Source: a virus | Direction: 5' to 3' (one strand) | DNA length: 56,984 bases | IMG/VR virus record: IMGVR_UViG_3300033987_000026 | In this document: positions 45,211 to 53,376 of the stretch, one piece after another | Position numbering within the stretch: the first letter of the stretch is position 1 | How the letters are laid out: every line of letters starts with the position of its first letter | Notes under the pieces: generated by a model | What the model saw: the letters and a program-made list of their open reading frames with translations, nothing else | What the model was told of the DNA's origin: nothing | The model's database searches: none | Program-made: the position numbers and the translations under genes

Positions 45211-45510
45211 TTGAATAAGGCATACAAAACAAAAGAAGGGTGGACTTTTTCAAAGTGGCTGGCGGTTGTGACGTCAGTTTTTTTCTTTGGAACCGTCGTA
45301 TTCGCTTTATGGGTATGGTTCAAGCAAGACAGGGTACCCAGCGAAATACTTTCCACAGTGGCTGTTCCGTTTAGCTCGGTAACGGCTTTTTATTTTATTA
45401 AAGCCGGATACGAGAACGGAAAGAAAATTGATGGAAGCATTTATGACTTGAACAATGCGCAGACACAACCAATACAACCGACTGAAAATGTCGAAAATCA
45501 AAGTTTTTAG
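45211..45510 (+). CDS. Two-TM holin-like protein
   Basis: WLAVVTSVFFFGTVVFALWVWF and VAVPFSSVTAFYFI segments. TTG start. Confidence 0.5.
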   Translation: MNKAYKTKEGWTFSKWLAVVTSVFFFGTVVFALWVWFKQDRVPSEILSTVAVPFSSVTAFYFIKAGYENGKKIDGSIYDLNNAQTQPIQPTENVENQSF

Positions 45511-45522
45511 GAGGAATTAATC

Positions 45523-46539
45523 ATGAATATCACAAAGAAAAACTCACCGAACAAGTACAATGGCCGTAATGGCTGGAAACCAGACATGATTGTGTGCCAC
45601 ATCACCGAGGGCTCATACGAAGGAGCTGTGAGCTGGCTCTGCAATCCGGATGCCGAAGCATCAGCTCATTTTGTTGTCGCTCAGGATGGCCGCATCACGC
45701 AGCTCGTTCCACTAACCGACGGTGCATGGTGCAATGGCACGAGCACAGACCCAAGCAAAAACACATACTACGGCAAGTCATCGCTTGCAGCAGTAAGGGA
45801 AAGAAAAACCAATGCCAATTACTACACTGTAAGCATTGAGCATGAGGGAATATGGGCCAAAACAAAAGGTAAGCTCACAGACGCACAGCTGGCAGCAACC
45901 ATTGAATTAATCGCCTACATTCGCAGCGAAGTGAAACGCATTTATGGTGTGGAAATCCCTCTGGACAGGGAACACATTGTCGGGCATTACCAGATAAACC
46001 CGATTACAAAACCGAACTGCCCAGGTGCATTATTCCAGTTTGACGCAATCATATCAGCATTAAAAGGAAACGCACCTTCAGGCAATACAGGAGGTTCCAC
46101 ACTTTACAGGGTACAAGTGGGGGCTTACAGCGTAAAAGACAACGCAGAGAGAACCATGGCGGCACTTAAGGCCAAAGGATACGATACCATGCTTGTAAAG
46201 GCAAACAACCTTTACAAAGTACAGATCGGCGCTTATTCAGTGAAATCAAATGCCGACAACATGGCAGCCAAGTTAAAAGCTGACGGCTTCGATACCTTCA
46301 TTACAACTGAAGGAGGAACGCCGGTATCTGCTGGAAGTGTTTCTTCAGCTCCAACCATTAAGGTAGGCAGCAGAGTCAAAGTCAGAAATGGAGCAAAGAC
46401 ATACACCGGCGGCGGCCTTGCAAGCTTTGTATACAACACAGTGTATGATGTTCAGGAATTAAAAGGCGACCGTGCAGTTATAGGAATCAATGGTCAAGTC
46501 ACAGCAGCCGTAAGGCTCGAAGACTTGATACTTCAATAA
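45523..46539 (+). CDS. Endolysin: N-acetylmuramoyl-L-alanine amidase (Amidase_2) with two SPOR repeats and an SH3-like C-terminus
   Basis: MIVCHITEGS...ASAHFVV...EHIVGHYQI. YRVQVGAYSVKDNAE and YKVQIGAYSVKSNAD repeats. Confidence 0.9.
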   Translation: MNITKKNSPNKYNGRNGWKPDMIVCHITEGSYEGAVSWLCNPDAEASAHFVVAQDGRITQLVPLTDGAWCNGTSTDPSKNTYYGKSSLAAVRERKTNANYYTVSIEHEGIWAKTKGKLTDAQLAATIELIAYIRSEVKRIYGVEIPLDREHIVGHYQINPITKPNCPGALFQFDAIISALKGNAPSGNTGGSTLYRVQVGAYSVKDNAERTMAALKAKGYDTMLVKANNLYKVQIGAYSVKSNADNMAAKLKADGFDTFITTEGGTPVSAGSVSSAPTIKVGSRVKVRNGAKTYTGGGLASFVYNTVYDVQELKGDRAVIGINGQVTAAVRLEDLILQ

Positions 46540-46554
46540 AGAGGAGGAAGTTAA

Positions 46555-46980
46555 ATGAAAGAGATACTCACAACCATAATCCAGGTCGTAGTTATTCCGG
46601 CCATTCCGGTACTGGTTACCTACCTGGTGAAATACCTGAAGGCCAAGGCAGATCAGACCACGACCAAGATCAATAACGAGCTCGTCAGGACATATCTTCA
46701 GGAAGCAACAGACGCAGTCCTACAGGCCGTCACTTATACGGCCCAGACATATGTCGACACCCTCAAGAAACAGGGCAAATTTGATAAGGAAGCCCAGGAA
46801 AAAGCATTTAACACAGCAAAAGACATAGCTCTCAAATTGCTCACGGACGAGGCCAAACAGATGATAGAAGACCTATATGGAGACCTCATGCTCTGGCTTG
46901 AAACCAAGATAGAGCAGACCGTGAAAGAGCAAAAGACCTTCGCCGCCATAGGAACGCTGGAGACGTTCCCGGATGAATAA
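46555..46980 (+). CDS. LL-H family holin-like protein
   Basis: N-terminal TM, then YLKAKADQ...TYVDTLKKQGKFDKEAQEKAF pattern resembling LL-H holins. Confidence 0.7.
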   Translation: MKEILTTIIQVVVIPAIPVLVTYLVKYLKAKADQTTTKINNELVRTYLQEATDAVLQAVTYTAQTYVDTLKKQGKFDKEAQEKAFNTAKDIALKLLTDEAKQMIEDLYGDLMLWLETKIEQTVKEQKTFAAIGTLETFPDE

Positions 46981-46990
46981 CACAAACAAG

Positions 46991-47028
46991 GACCGCCAGA
47001 TATTCTTCATATCTGGTGGTCTTTTTTA
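46991..47028 (+). terminator. Rho-independent terminator ending the late operon
   Basis: 13-bp stem GACCGCCAGATAT / ATATCTGGTGGTC (one G-T pair), then TTTTTT. Confidence 0.8.
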
Positions 47029-47057
47029 TTGACTATTAACCAACGGCAGTTTATAAT
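47029..47057 (+). promoter_or_regulatory. Consensus sigma-70-type promoter of the accessory operon
   Basis: TTGACT (47029-34), 17-nt spacer, TATAAT (47052-57). Confidence 0.65.
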
Positions 47058-47088
47058 GTTCTCAAGTATTGAGAAGGAGGAGTTAACC

Positions 47089-47367
47089 ATGACGAAACAA
47101 GAGTTCAAAAATCTCACAAAGCGAGAATTCACCGACAAAGAGTATGAAGCAATAGAAACTGTTTATACATTCCACCCGGCCATAAGCGAGACAGAAGGCA
47201 AGAAGCAGATCGCCAGCCTTTATGACACCTTCGGGTTCAGGATAATAGCCGACATGCTGCCGACGGCAATTAAAGCAAAGGAACTCGAGGAACAAATAGC
47301 CCGGAAAAAGCACGAGCTGGAAGAGCTCCAGGAAGAGTTTAAAAGATTAAAGAACCCAAACATATAG
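47089..47367 (+). CDS. Hypothetical protein (92 aa)
   Basis: GAAGGAGG RBS before ATG 47089. Confidence 0.55.
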   Translation: MTKQEFKNLTKREFTDKEYEAIETVYTFHPAISETEGKKQIASLYDTFGFRIIADMLPTAIKAKELEEQIARKKHELEELQEEFKRLKNPNI

Positions 47368-47473
47368 CAACCGGCGCCTTGATAGGTGCCATGCCCGCAG
47401 AGCCTGCCGCCTCCACGCGGCGCGGGTGGATAACCAACCAAGAGCAGGCAAAACAACACAAGGAGGAAAGAAC

Positions 47474-47800
47474 ATGGGATACAGAAACGAGTGGTACGGA
47501 ACCAAGAAGGAACTTATAGAGCTTGTAGAGCGCTGCATCGAAGACATTCAGGTGGATATGGATATTAGAATCAGCACCAGAGACATGCGGAAACTTTTCT
47601 GTGAAGCATTCACCAGGAACATAGTGCAGAACGAATTAAGAGAGATGATGGCATACATCATCGATGAAGAGGAGAAAGAAGAAGGCGAACAGAAGTGCAG
47701 AGTTTGCGGCTGCACCCAATACAACGCATGCGAAGACGGCTGCTACTGGGTAGAAGAGGATCTGTGTAGCAAGTGCGCAGAAAAGATGAAGGAGGAATAA
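47474..47800 (+). CDS. Hypothetical protein with C-terminal Cys-rich motif
   Basis: AAGGAGG RBS. CRVCGCTQYNACEDGCYWVEEDLCSKC. Confidence 0.55.
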   Translation: MGYRNEWYGTKKELIELVERCIEDIQVDMDIRISTRDMRKLFCEAFTRNIVQNELREMMAYIIDEEEKEEGEQKCRVCGCTQYNACEDGCYWVEEDLCSKCAEKMKEE

Positions 47801-47802
47801 TC

Positions 47803-48063
47803 GTGGGGAAACCTTACTACGAGCTGGACCAGGAGACCCGGAACATCATCCTGGAGCTCCAAAAGAAATGCATTGAACTGGACCTGGGGAATGTTAGCTT
47901 TCATTACTACCCTACCAGGACGAGAATGGAGGAAACAGAGTTTTATTTGACCGAGTACAAAGAATACTGGGAGCTTGTCGTAAAACAGCGATGGGCCAAA
48001 ACAGCCGACATTTACAGAATTAAAGACGGAGATATTATTTATCAATATTCAGAAAAGGATTGA
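47803..48063 (+). CDS. Hypothetical protein (86 aa)
   Basis: GTG start after GAAGGAGG. Confidence 0.5.
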   Translation: MGKPYYELDQETRNIILELQKKCIELDLGNVSFHYYPTRTRMEETEFYLTEYKEYWELVVKQRWAKTADIYRIKDGDIIYQYSEKD

Positions 48064-48077
48064 GAGGAGGAGCGGTG

Positions 48078-48230
48078 ATGACCAACGCAGCGGCAATCGG
48101 ATATATGATAAAGGCGGCCAAACAGGCCAAGCTGGACAAGAAAACCATTAAGCAGCTGGAGGCCTTAATGTTGGAAGAGATGGACTTTCACACCGAGGAG
48201 GAGGCAGAGCAGGAATATTACAATTTTTGA
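48078..48230 (+). CDS. Small hypothetical protein (50 aa)
   Basis: GAGAGGAGG RBS. MTNAAAIGYMIKAAKQAKLDKK... Below the track length cutoff. Confidence 0.4.
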   Translation: MTNAAAIGYMIKAAKQAKLDKKTIKQLEALMLEEMDFHTEEEAEQEYYNF

Positions 48231-48242
48231 GGAGGAATGAGA

Positions 48243-49163
48243 ATGAAGAATATAAGAGACAGAATCGCCGGCGCATTGTACGGCGTAGCAATAGGGGACG
48301 CATTAGGAGCTCCCCTGGAGTTCATGAGCAAGGAGGAGATTTCCAGGAAGCATGGCCGGGTAACAGAGATGATCGGAGGCGGCTGGCTGAACGTGATGCC
48401 AGGAGAGATCACCGACGACACACAGATGACCCTGGCAGTAGCTGAAGGAATTATAGAGGACCCGGACAACCCGATTAAGGCCATCGGTAAAAGGTTTATC
48501 GAATGGGCCAGGAGCGGACCGAAGGACATCGGAGGAACCTGCAGCATGAGTATCCGCTGGGCCATCTTCCTGGGCCAAAATGATGCGCCAGACGAAGAGA
48601 AATGGTTCGAGGCAAGTAAATATACCTCCAAAGCAAACGGAGGCCGTAGCGGCGGAAATGGAGCGCTTATGCGCACGGTTTACCCAGGTCTTTATTACAA
48701 GGATTTGCTGATGGCGGTAGAGACGGCCGGAGCCATAGCACAAATGACACACTGGGATAAAAAATCAACAGAGGCTTGTAATTTATACACGGAAATGATA
48801 CACTTAATTATCGAATCGGTTAATAAGGAACAGGCCCTGCAGATTATAAGAGACGTGCTCCAGGGAAGCGAATACTGCCTGGAAACCAGGAAGCAGCTCA
48901 ACCCCACCGGGTACGTCGTGGACAGTTTCAACTGCGTGCTCCACAGCATAGCAGCAACCGGGACCTTTGAGGAGGCCATAATCGAAGCCGCCAATCTTGG
49001 AGGAGACGCAGACACCATCGCGGCCATCACCGGCGGCCTGGCCGGAGCGATATACGGATACAACGAGATCCCGGAAAGATGGATCCAGGCCCTGGATCCG
49101 AAGATCAGGATGCAGCTCGACAAGCTCGTGGACGCAGCAGTAAAGAACAGGGAGGGCAGATAA
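48243..49163 (+). CDS. ADP-ribosylglycohydrolase family protein (DraG/ARH-like)
   Basis: GVAIGDALGAPLEF, GEITDDTQMTLAVAEG, GNGALMR, GGDADTIAAITGGLAGAIYG. Confidence 0.9.
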   Translation: MKNIRDRIAGALYGVAIGDALGAPLEFMSKEEISRKHGRVTEMIGGGWLNVMPGEITDDTQMTLAVAEGIIEDPDNPIKAIGKRFIEWARSGPKDIGGTCSMSIRWAIFLGQNDAPDEEKWFEASKYTSKANGGRSGGNGALMRTVYPGLYYKDLLMAVETAGAIAQMTHWDKKSTEACNLYTEMIHLIIESVNKEQALQIIRDVLQGSEYCLETRKQLNPTGYVVDSFNCVLHSIAATGTFEEAIIEAANLGGDADTIAAITGGLAGAIYGYNEIPERWIQALDPKIRMQLDKLVDAAVKNREGR

Positions 49164-49164
49164 C

Positions 49165-49422
49165 ATGGCAGGATACGGCAGACCGTTAAAAGGTAAAACC
49201 AGGCGCGTGCCGATTACGGTACACACGGCCATAGGCATACTTGATATAATCGACCAGTACGTCGAGGAGAGAAACCAGGAAGAGAAGGCTTATTCACGCT
49301 CGGATTTTTACAACGAGGCGGCCAGACTTTACCTGGAACACCTGGGGAGGTTACCTGAAGAGGAAAAGGACCCAGGGGAAAAGGAACCGTACCAAAATCG
49401 TACCGAAATTTTTCAGAAATAG
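49165..49422 (+). CDS. Ribbon-helix-helix-like small protein
   Basis: RRVPITVHTAIGILDIIDQYV...SRSDFYNEAARLYLEHL. ATG lies 2 nt after the ARH stop. Confidence 0.55.
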   Translation: MAGYGRPLKGKTRRVPITVHTAIGILDIIDQYVEERNQEEKAYSRSDFYNEAARLYLEHLGRLPEEEKDPGEKEPYQNRTEIFQK

Positions 49423-49620
49423 AAATAAGGGTGATAATATGAATAATACAAATAATAAAAACCAGTAAAAATCACCCGACATAACACGGGATAATTTTCG
49501 ATTATCGAGTGGGAATAACAGCAAAAAATCCGGAAACCAGCATGAAACCTGGTATTCCGGATTTAATTTTTATGAAATCGTACCAAAAGCGTACCACTTT
49601 TAATTTTTTGACCCTTTTTT
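49423..49620. other. Candidate attP region
   Basis: AT-rich non-coding stretch next to the integrase 3' end. Flanked by CGTACCAAAA(T/G)CGTACC at 49388-49404 and 49579-49595. Small inverted repeats inside. Confidence 0.4.
49523..49572. terminator. Bidirectional terminator-like hairpin between convergent operons
   Basis: AATCCGGAA..CCAG / CTGG..TTCCGGATT stem flanked by an A-run and a T-run. Confidence 0.65.
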
Positions 49621-50772
49621 CTAATTTTTTGAGATTTCTTTTTCTACTTTTTCGAGATCCAAAACGACTGCAGAAGGACTTTCATTTTTGATGGTAGCAT
49701 GCCGATTTAGATCAGCAGCAACCTGCTCCATCTTGTTTGGATACAGATGTGCATAGGTAGACATGGCCACCTCGACAGTATCGCCCAGGCGCTCGGCCAC
49801 AGCCACGATGGAATAACCCAGCTCAACCAGCAAGGCAGCATGAGAATGACGGAGATCATGAACGCGGATCCGTTTCACGCCGGCAGCCTTGGCCGCCTCA
49901 TTGAGAGCACGCCCCAGAGTTCCCTTCTGGAAGTAGAATATACGGTCGTGCTCGTCGATATCATACAGAGCATTGATATACCGCATGACCTCATCATAGA
50001 GGAAATCAGGCATTGAGACATCCCGGTAACTGTTGTCGGTTTTAGGAGGCCCGTTCTTATCCTGGCCTTTGCGCCGGTGGTGAGTTTTTTCAATGCGGGC
50101 AATCTTTGAGGGAAGGATATCGGCAGGCTGCAGAGCGAGGCACTCGCCTTCACGGAGGCCCAGCCAGTACATGAGCATAAAGGCAACACGGAAGCTCCAG
50201 TTTGTGACGTAAGCCATGGCCTGGTTAAATTCAGACAAGGTCCAGAATTTCATCTTCCCGGCCTTCTTTTTACCCATGAAGCCGGCAGGATGGCACGGAT
50301 TAGACTTCAGGTTATAGAACTTAACCGCATAATTGAAAATGGCCGACAGCCGGCTATTTAACGACCGGATATAGGTTTCAGAATACTTTTTACCGGTCCG
50401 AGGATTTATGGCAGACATGACGGTGTTCTGCCAGTTCCGGATCGTCACGGCGTCAATTTCATTCACCGGGAGCTCACCAAAGTAAGGGAGCAGCCACTTG
50501 TCGATGATGGAATCCTGCGTGCCCTGCGTACCTTCCCGGACACGATGCTCGGCGTCGGCCCGGTACAATTCCACCAGGGAGGCAAACGACATTTCACAGT
50601 TCCGGCTATTCTTCAGGAGAAATTCACGCTCGAAGGCCAGGGCATCTGATCGTTTATCGAACCCTTCTTTTTTCTTTTTTCGTCTCTTCCCAGTCCAATC
50701 AGTATACCAGAAGGCAGCAAGCCATTTTATAGCTCCGCTTTTAGTTTTGTATTTATAAACAGGCAATCGCAT
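49621..50772 (-). CDS. int: Tyrosine recombinase (phage integrase)
   Basis: HDLRHSHA...MSTYAHLY catalytic region. AAGGAGG RBS before ATG at 50772. Confidence 0.95.
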   Translation of the reverse strand: MRLPVYKYKTKSGAIKWLAAFWYTDWTGKRRKKKKEGFDKRSDALAFEREFLLKNSRNCEMSFASLVELYRADAEHRVREGTQGTQDSIIDKWLLPYFGELPVNEIDAVTIRNWQNTVMSAINPRTGKKYSETYIRSLNSRLSAIFNYAVKFYNLKSNPCHPAGFMGKKKAGKMKFWTLSEFNQAMAYVTNWSFRVAFMLMYWLGLREGECLALQPADILPSKIARIEKTHHRRKGQDKNGPPKTDNSYRDVSMPDFLYDEVMRYINALYDIDEHDRIFYFQKGTLGRALNEAAKAAGVKRIRVHDLRHSHAALLVELGYSIVAVAERLGDTVEVAMSTYAHLYPNKMEQVAADLNRHATIKNESPSAVVLDLEKVEKEISKN

Positions 50773-50831
50773 GCCTCCTTTCACAAAAGCCCCGGCCAGA
50801 AAGCAGGCCGAGGCTTATTTTCATTCGTTAT

Positions 50832-51176
50832 TTATTCGGCTGCAGCGCCAGCCAGAACGTTATTGAAAGCAATTTCCCACTCAAGATATTTAGTAACCGC
50901 AAACTTGTACACTTCGCCGGCCTTCGTTTCAATCACAAGGACGTTATTGCTGAAGCCATGCTTCCCACGAGAGACACCTTTTATATCTTCCAAAGGGATC
51001 TCGAATTCATAATCGCCCTGCGTAAGGTTAACCAGGGCCCCGATGGCAATAATCTTTGAGAGTTTATGTCGGGAATAAATAAACCGACGGTTTGTCAGGA
51101 TCCCGCGCCCGTTTTGCACGTTAAAAGCGCCTTTTACCCTATTAGCAAGGCCTTCCATGATGATTTTTTCCTGCAT
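50832..51176 (-). CDS. Bacterial PH/GRAM-like small protein (lysogeny-module cargo)
   Basis: GILTNRRFIY...IPLEDIKGV...VLVIETK pattern. Location between int and the repressor. Confidence 0.45.
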   Translation of the reverse strand: MQEKIIMEGLANRVKGAFNVQNGRGILTNRRFIYSRHKLSKIIAIGALVNLTQGDYEFEIPLEDIKGVSRGKHGFSNNVLVIETKAGEVYKFAVTKYLEWEIAFNNVLAGAAAE

Positions 51177-51187
51177 TTCACCACCCC

Positions 51188-51763
51188 CTAAAGATCAGGA
51201 AACAATTCCTTCAAATACTCATAGTTTGCAGGAGACAGAGCCCGTGAAGTCAGAACACCCTGGAGCCAGAGCTCCATCCGGTTCTTGCGGCCACGCTCCG
51301 TTTTTAGCTGCGAAGCCTCTTCCCACGCGTGATCATAGGCACGCTTAAGGGCAGCATTAAATATCTGATCACGACGAGATCTGATATCCCGCAGCTGCGC
51401 TTTAAAATCATTTTGAGCCAGGCCGGCCAAAGCAAGATCAGCGTCCGAGGCCGACGCCAGCTGCTCCAGGAAATATTCCGCAGCAAAGAAACATGTAATA
51501 AACTGCTGAAAAACGAGAGAGGAACTCGCAGCATTAGAGAACTTCACAAAGGCTTCATAAACCCTTACAAGCCGGTGTTCCAGGAAGGATTCGTCCACCC
51601 AGGCAACAGCACACCGGCAACCATCATGTAGCGGAGGCTCCAGGACAGAATGCCCCGCAATTTCAAAAACCTCATCAATCCTCACGGCCGTGCCTTCCAG
51701 TTTAGCACAAAGCGAACAGGTGCAATCGTCGGCCGATGAAGACCACACCTTAAACATACCCAT
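51188..51763 (-). CDS. Stand-alone MuF-type Cys/His motif fused to an unknown helical domain (lysogeny-module cargo)
   Basis: FKVWSSSADDCTCSLCAKLEG...PPLHDGCRCAV parallels aa 256-310 of the 18376 ORF. AGGAGGG RBS. Confidence 0.6.
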   Translation of the reverse strand: MGMFKVWSSSADDCTCSLCAKLEGTAVRIDEVFEIAGHSVLEPPLHDGCRCAVAWVDESFLEHRLVRVYEAFVKFSNAASSSLVFQQFITCFFAAEYFLEQLASASDADLALAGLAQNDFKAQLRDIRSRRDQIFNAALKRAYDHAWEEASQLKTERGRKNRMELWLQGVLTSRALSPANYEYLKELFPDL

Positions 51764-51814
51764 GACCACCCTCCTCTCAATCCCAGAAGATAAAGTACCG
51801 CCGTAATTCGCGCT

Positions 51815-52231
51815 TTAAGCTTTCTCTTTGAAATCAACAACAGGCTCGGAGGACTTGATCTCTTCGAGCGTTTTCAACATGTCAATATATTCTGCGGCCT
51901 TCTCCTTTGCTTCAGGGGAAAGACTTTCAATTTTTTTAATAAGTTCTTTGTCGCCAGACGAAATCGCCTCGGCCATCTTCGGCTTTGACTTCGACGTACC
52001 ACATTTTGAGGATCTGGCTCGACCCATTTCATCGGATAGTCCCAGGATGAAATCGGCGGAGACGTCATAAAGCTCGATAAGAGCCCTAAGCGTTTCAGGG
52101 TCGGGTGTGGTTGCGTTATTCTCGTAGCGAGAAAGGGACTTATTGCTCAAGTTAATCGCCTTGTAGACATCAAGCTGAGTGAGACCTGCCCGTTCTCGAG
52201 CCATACGAAGACGTTCTCCAAAAGTGAGCAT
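51815..52231 (-). CDS. CI-like repressor (XRE-family HTH)
   Basis: FGERLRMARERAGLTQLDVYKAINLSNKSLSRYEN. Divergent from the cro-like gene. Confidence 0.85.
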   Translation of the reverse strand: MLTFGERLRMARERAGLTQLDVYKAINLSNKSLSRYENNATTPDPETLRALIELYDVSADFILGLSDEMGRARSSKCGTSKSKPKMAEAISSGDKELIKKIESLSPEAKEKAAEYIDMLKTLEEIKSSEPVVDFKEKA

Positions 52232-52385
52232 AGAGACACCTCCATTCTAACATTATATAACATTCGCAGGTTTTGAGAAAAAAATTCTCAAAAATTTAGA
52301 AATTCCTATTGACATCTCGGAAATCGAGAATTAAAATAGGATTAGAATTCTCAATAAGTGAGAACACGAAAGGAGGTTGCTAAAC
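52232..52385. promoter_or_regulatory. Lysis-lysogeny switch region: divergent promoters and GAGAA/TTCTC operator motifs
   Basis: Rightward TTGACA (52309-14), 17 nt, TAAAAT (52332-37). Leftward TATAAT (complement of 52252-57). GAGAA at 52275, 52326 and 52360; TTCTC at 52285 and 52348. Confidence 0.7.
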
Positions 52386-52616
52386 GTGAAGCCAATGCAT
52401 CAGAGGCTCCGAGAATATCGCGAGAGCAAAGGCGTAACCCTTACACACATAGCCAAGAAGACCGGCAAGACCGTTCAAAGGATAAGCGCGCTGGAAATAG
52501 GCGCAATCCGGCTGACGGTCGACGAATTCGAGGAGCTTTGTGTGAATGGCTACGAAGTCAACCCTGCAATTTTTTTTACGGATCAGTTCTCTAAAAATGA
52601 GAACATCAAGCCGTAA
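52386..52616 (+). CDS. Cro-like XRE-family HTH regulator
   Basis: AAAGGAGG RBS. LREYRESKGVTLTHIAKKTGKTVQRISALE. Confidence 0.8.
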   Translation: MKPMHQRLREYRESKGVTLTHIAKKTGKTVQRISALEIGAIRLTVDEFEELCVNGYEVNPAIFFTDQFSKNENIKP

Positions 52617-52675
52617 TATCCCCAATATTGAGAATCTTTATGCATCAATTATATTGCAGGGAGGTGACCAAATAT

Positions 52676-53155
52676 ATGGCCAAAAAGGCTACGAAAGCCG
52701 CAGATAACATTTTTTACAAAGCACGAATGGAAGCAGCAGCGTGCAACGACAGATTAAGCAGCCGCGAAGGAGCAGCTGAACAGCTCGGAATTGACCGTAC
52801 CAGGCTTGCACGAATAGAACTCGGTAGCCTTAACCCATACCCAGAAGAAGTCCTTCTGATGAGCGACGCATATAACGCACCAGAGCTCAATAATTACTTT
52901 TGCTCAAAGATGTGCCCGATCGGAAAAGCAACCATACCGACAGCAGAACTTCTTCACTTGGACAGGCTCACGATCAGGATCTTGACAGCATTGGGAAATA
53001 CAGAGTTCATCCAGAGGACTATCCTCGAGATAGTGAAAGACGGGGTTATTTCAGACGATGAGCAACCGCGGGTTGAGCAAATACTCACAGCACTTGAAAA
53101 TGTCTCAAAGGCAGCATTAGAGATGAAGTTGTGGGTAGAGAAAAACTTAAGGTAA
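52676..53155 (+). CDS. HTH-containing early regulator (XRE-like)
   Basis: REGAAEQLGIDRTRLARIELG. AGGGAGGTG RBS. Confidence 0.55.
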   Translation: MAKKATKAADNIFYKARMEAAACNDRLSSREGAAEQLGIDRTRLARIELGSLNPYPEEVLLMSDAYNAPELNNYFCSKMCPIGKATIPTAELLHLDRLTIRILTALGNTEFIQRTILEIVKDGVISDDEQPRVEQILTALENVSKAALEMKLWVEKNLR

Positions 53156-53166
53156 AGGGGGTTTTA

Positions 53167-53358
53167 GTGGTGGCAACCAGCACACAAGAGAAATCGAAGT
53201 TTGTAAAAGTAGATGAAGTAGCGGAAATGCTCGAGATTTCAAAAAGCCATGCATATAAAATCATCCGGCAGCTCAACGAGGAACTGAAGAAACAAGGCAA
53301 GATCACAAACGCCGGCAGAGTTTCACGCCGGTACCTGGAGGAAAGGCTCTACTGTTGA
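53167..53358 (+). CDS. Small MerR/excisionase-like HTH protein
   Basis: FVKVDEVAEMLEISKSHAYKIIRQLNEELKKQG. GTG start after AAGGGGG. Confidence 0.55.
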   Translation: MVATSTQEKSKFVKVDEVAEMLEISKSHAYKIIRQLNEELKKQGKITNAGRVSRRYLEERLYC

Positions 53359-53376
53359 GCTTACGGAGGACAAGCC

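Noticed and set aside
47368-47473. GC-rich intergenic patch in the accessory operon as a small RNA or riboswitch
   Set aside because: Only short, imperfect stems (CCGC...GCGG, CCAC...GTGG) were visible, with no terminator or recognisable riboswitch core. The evidence is insufficient without covariance data.
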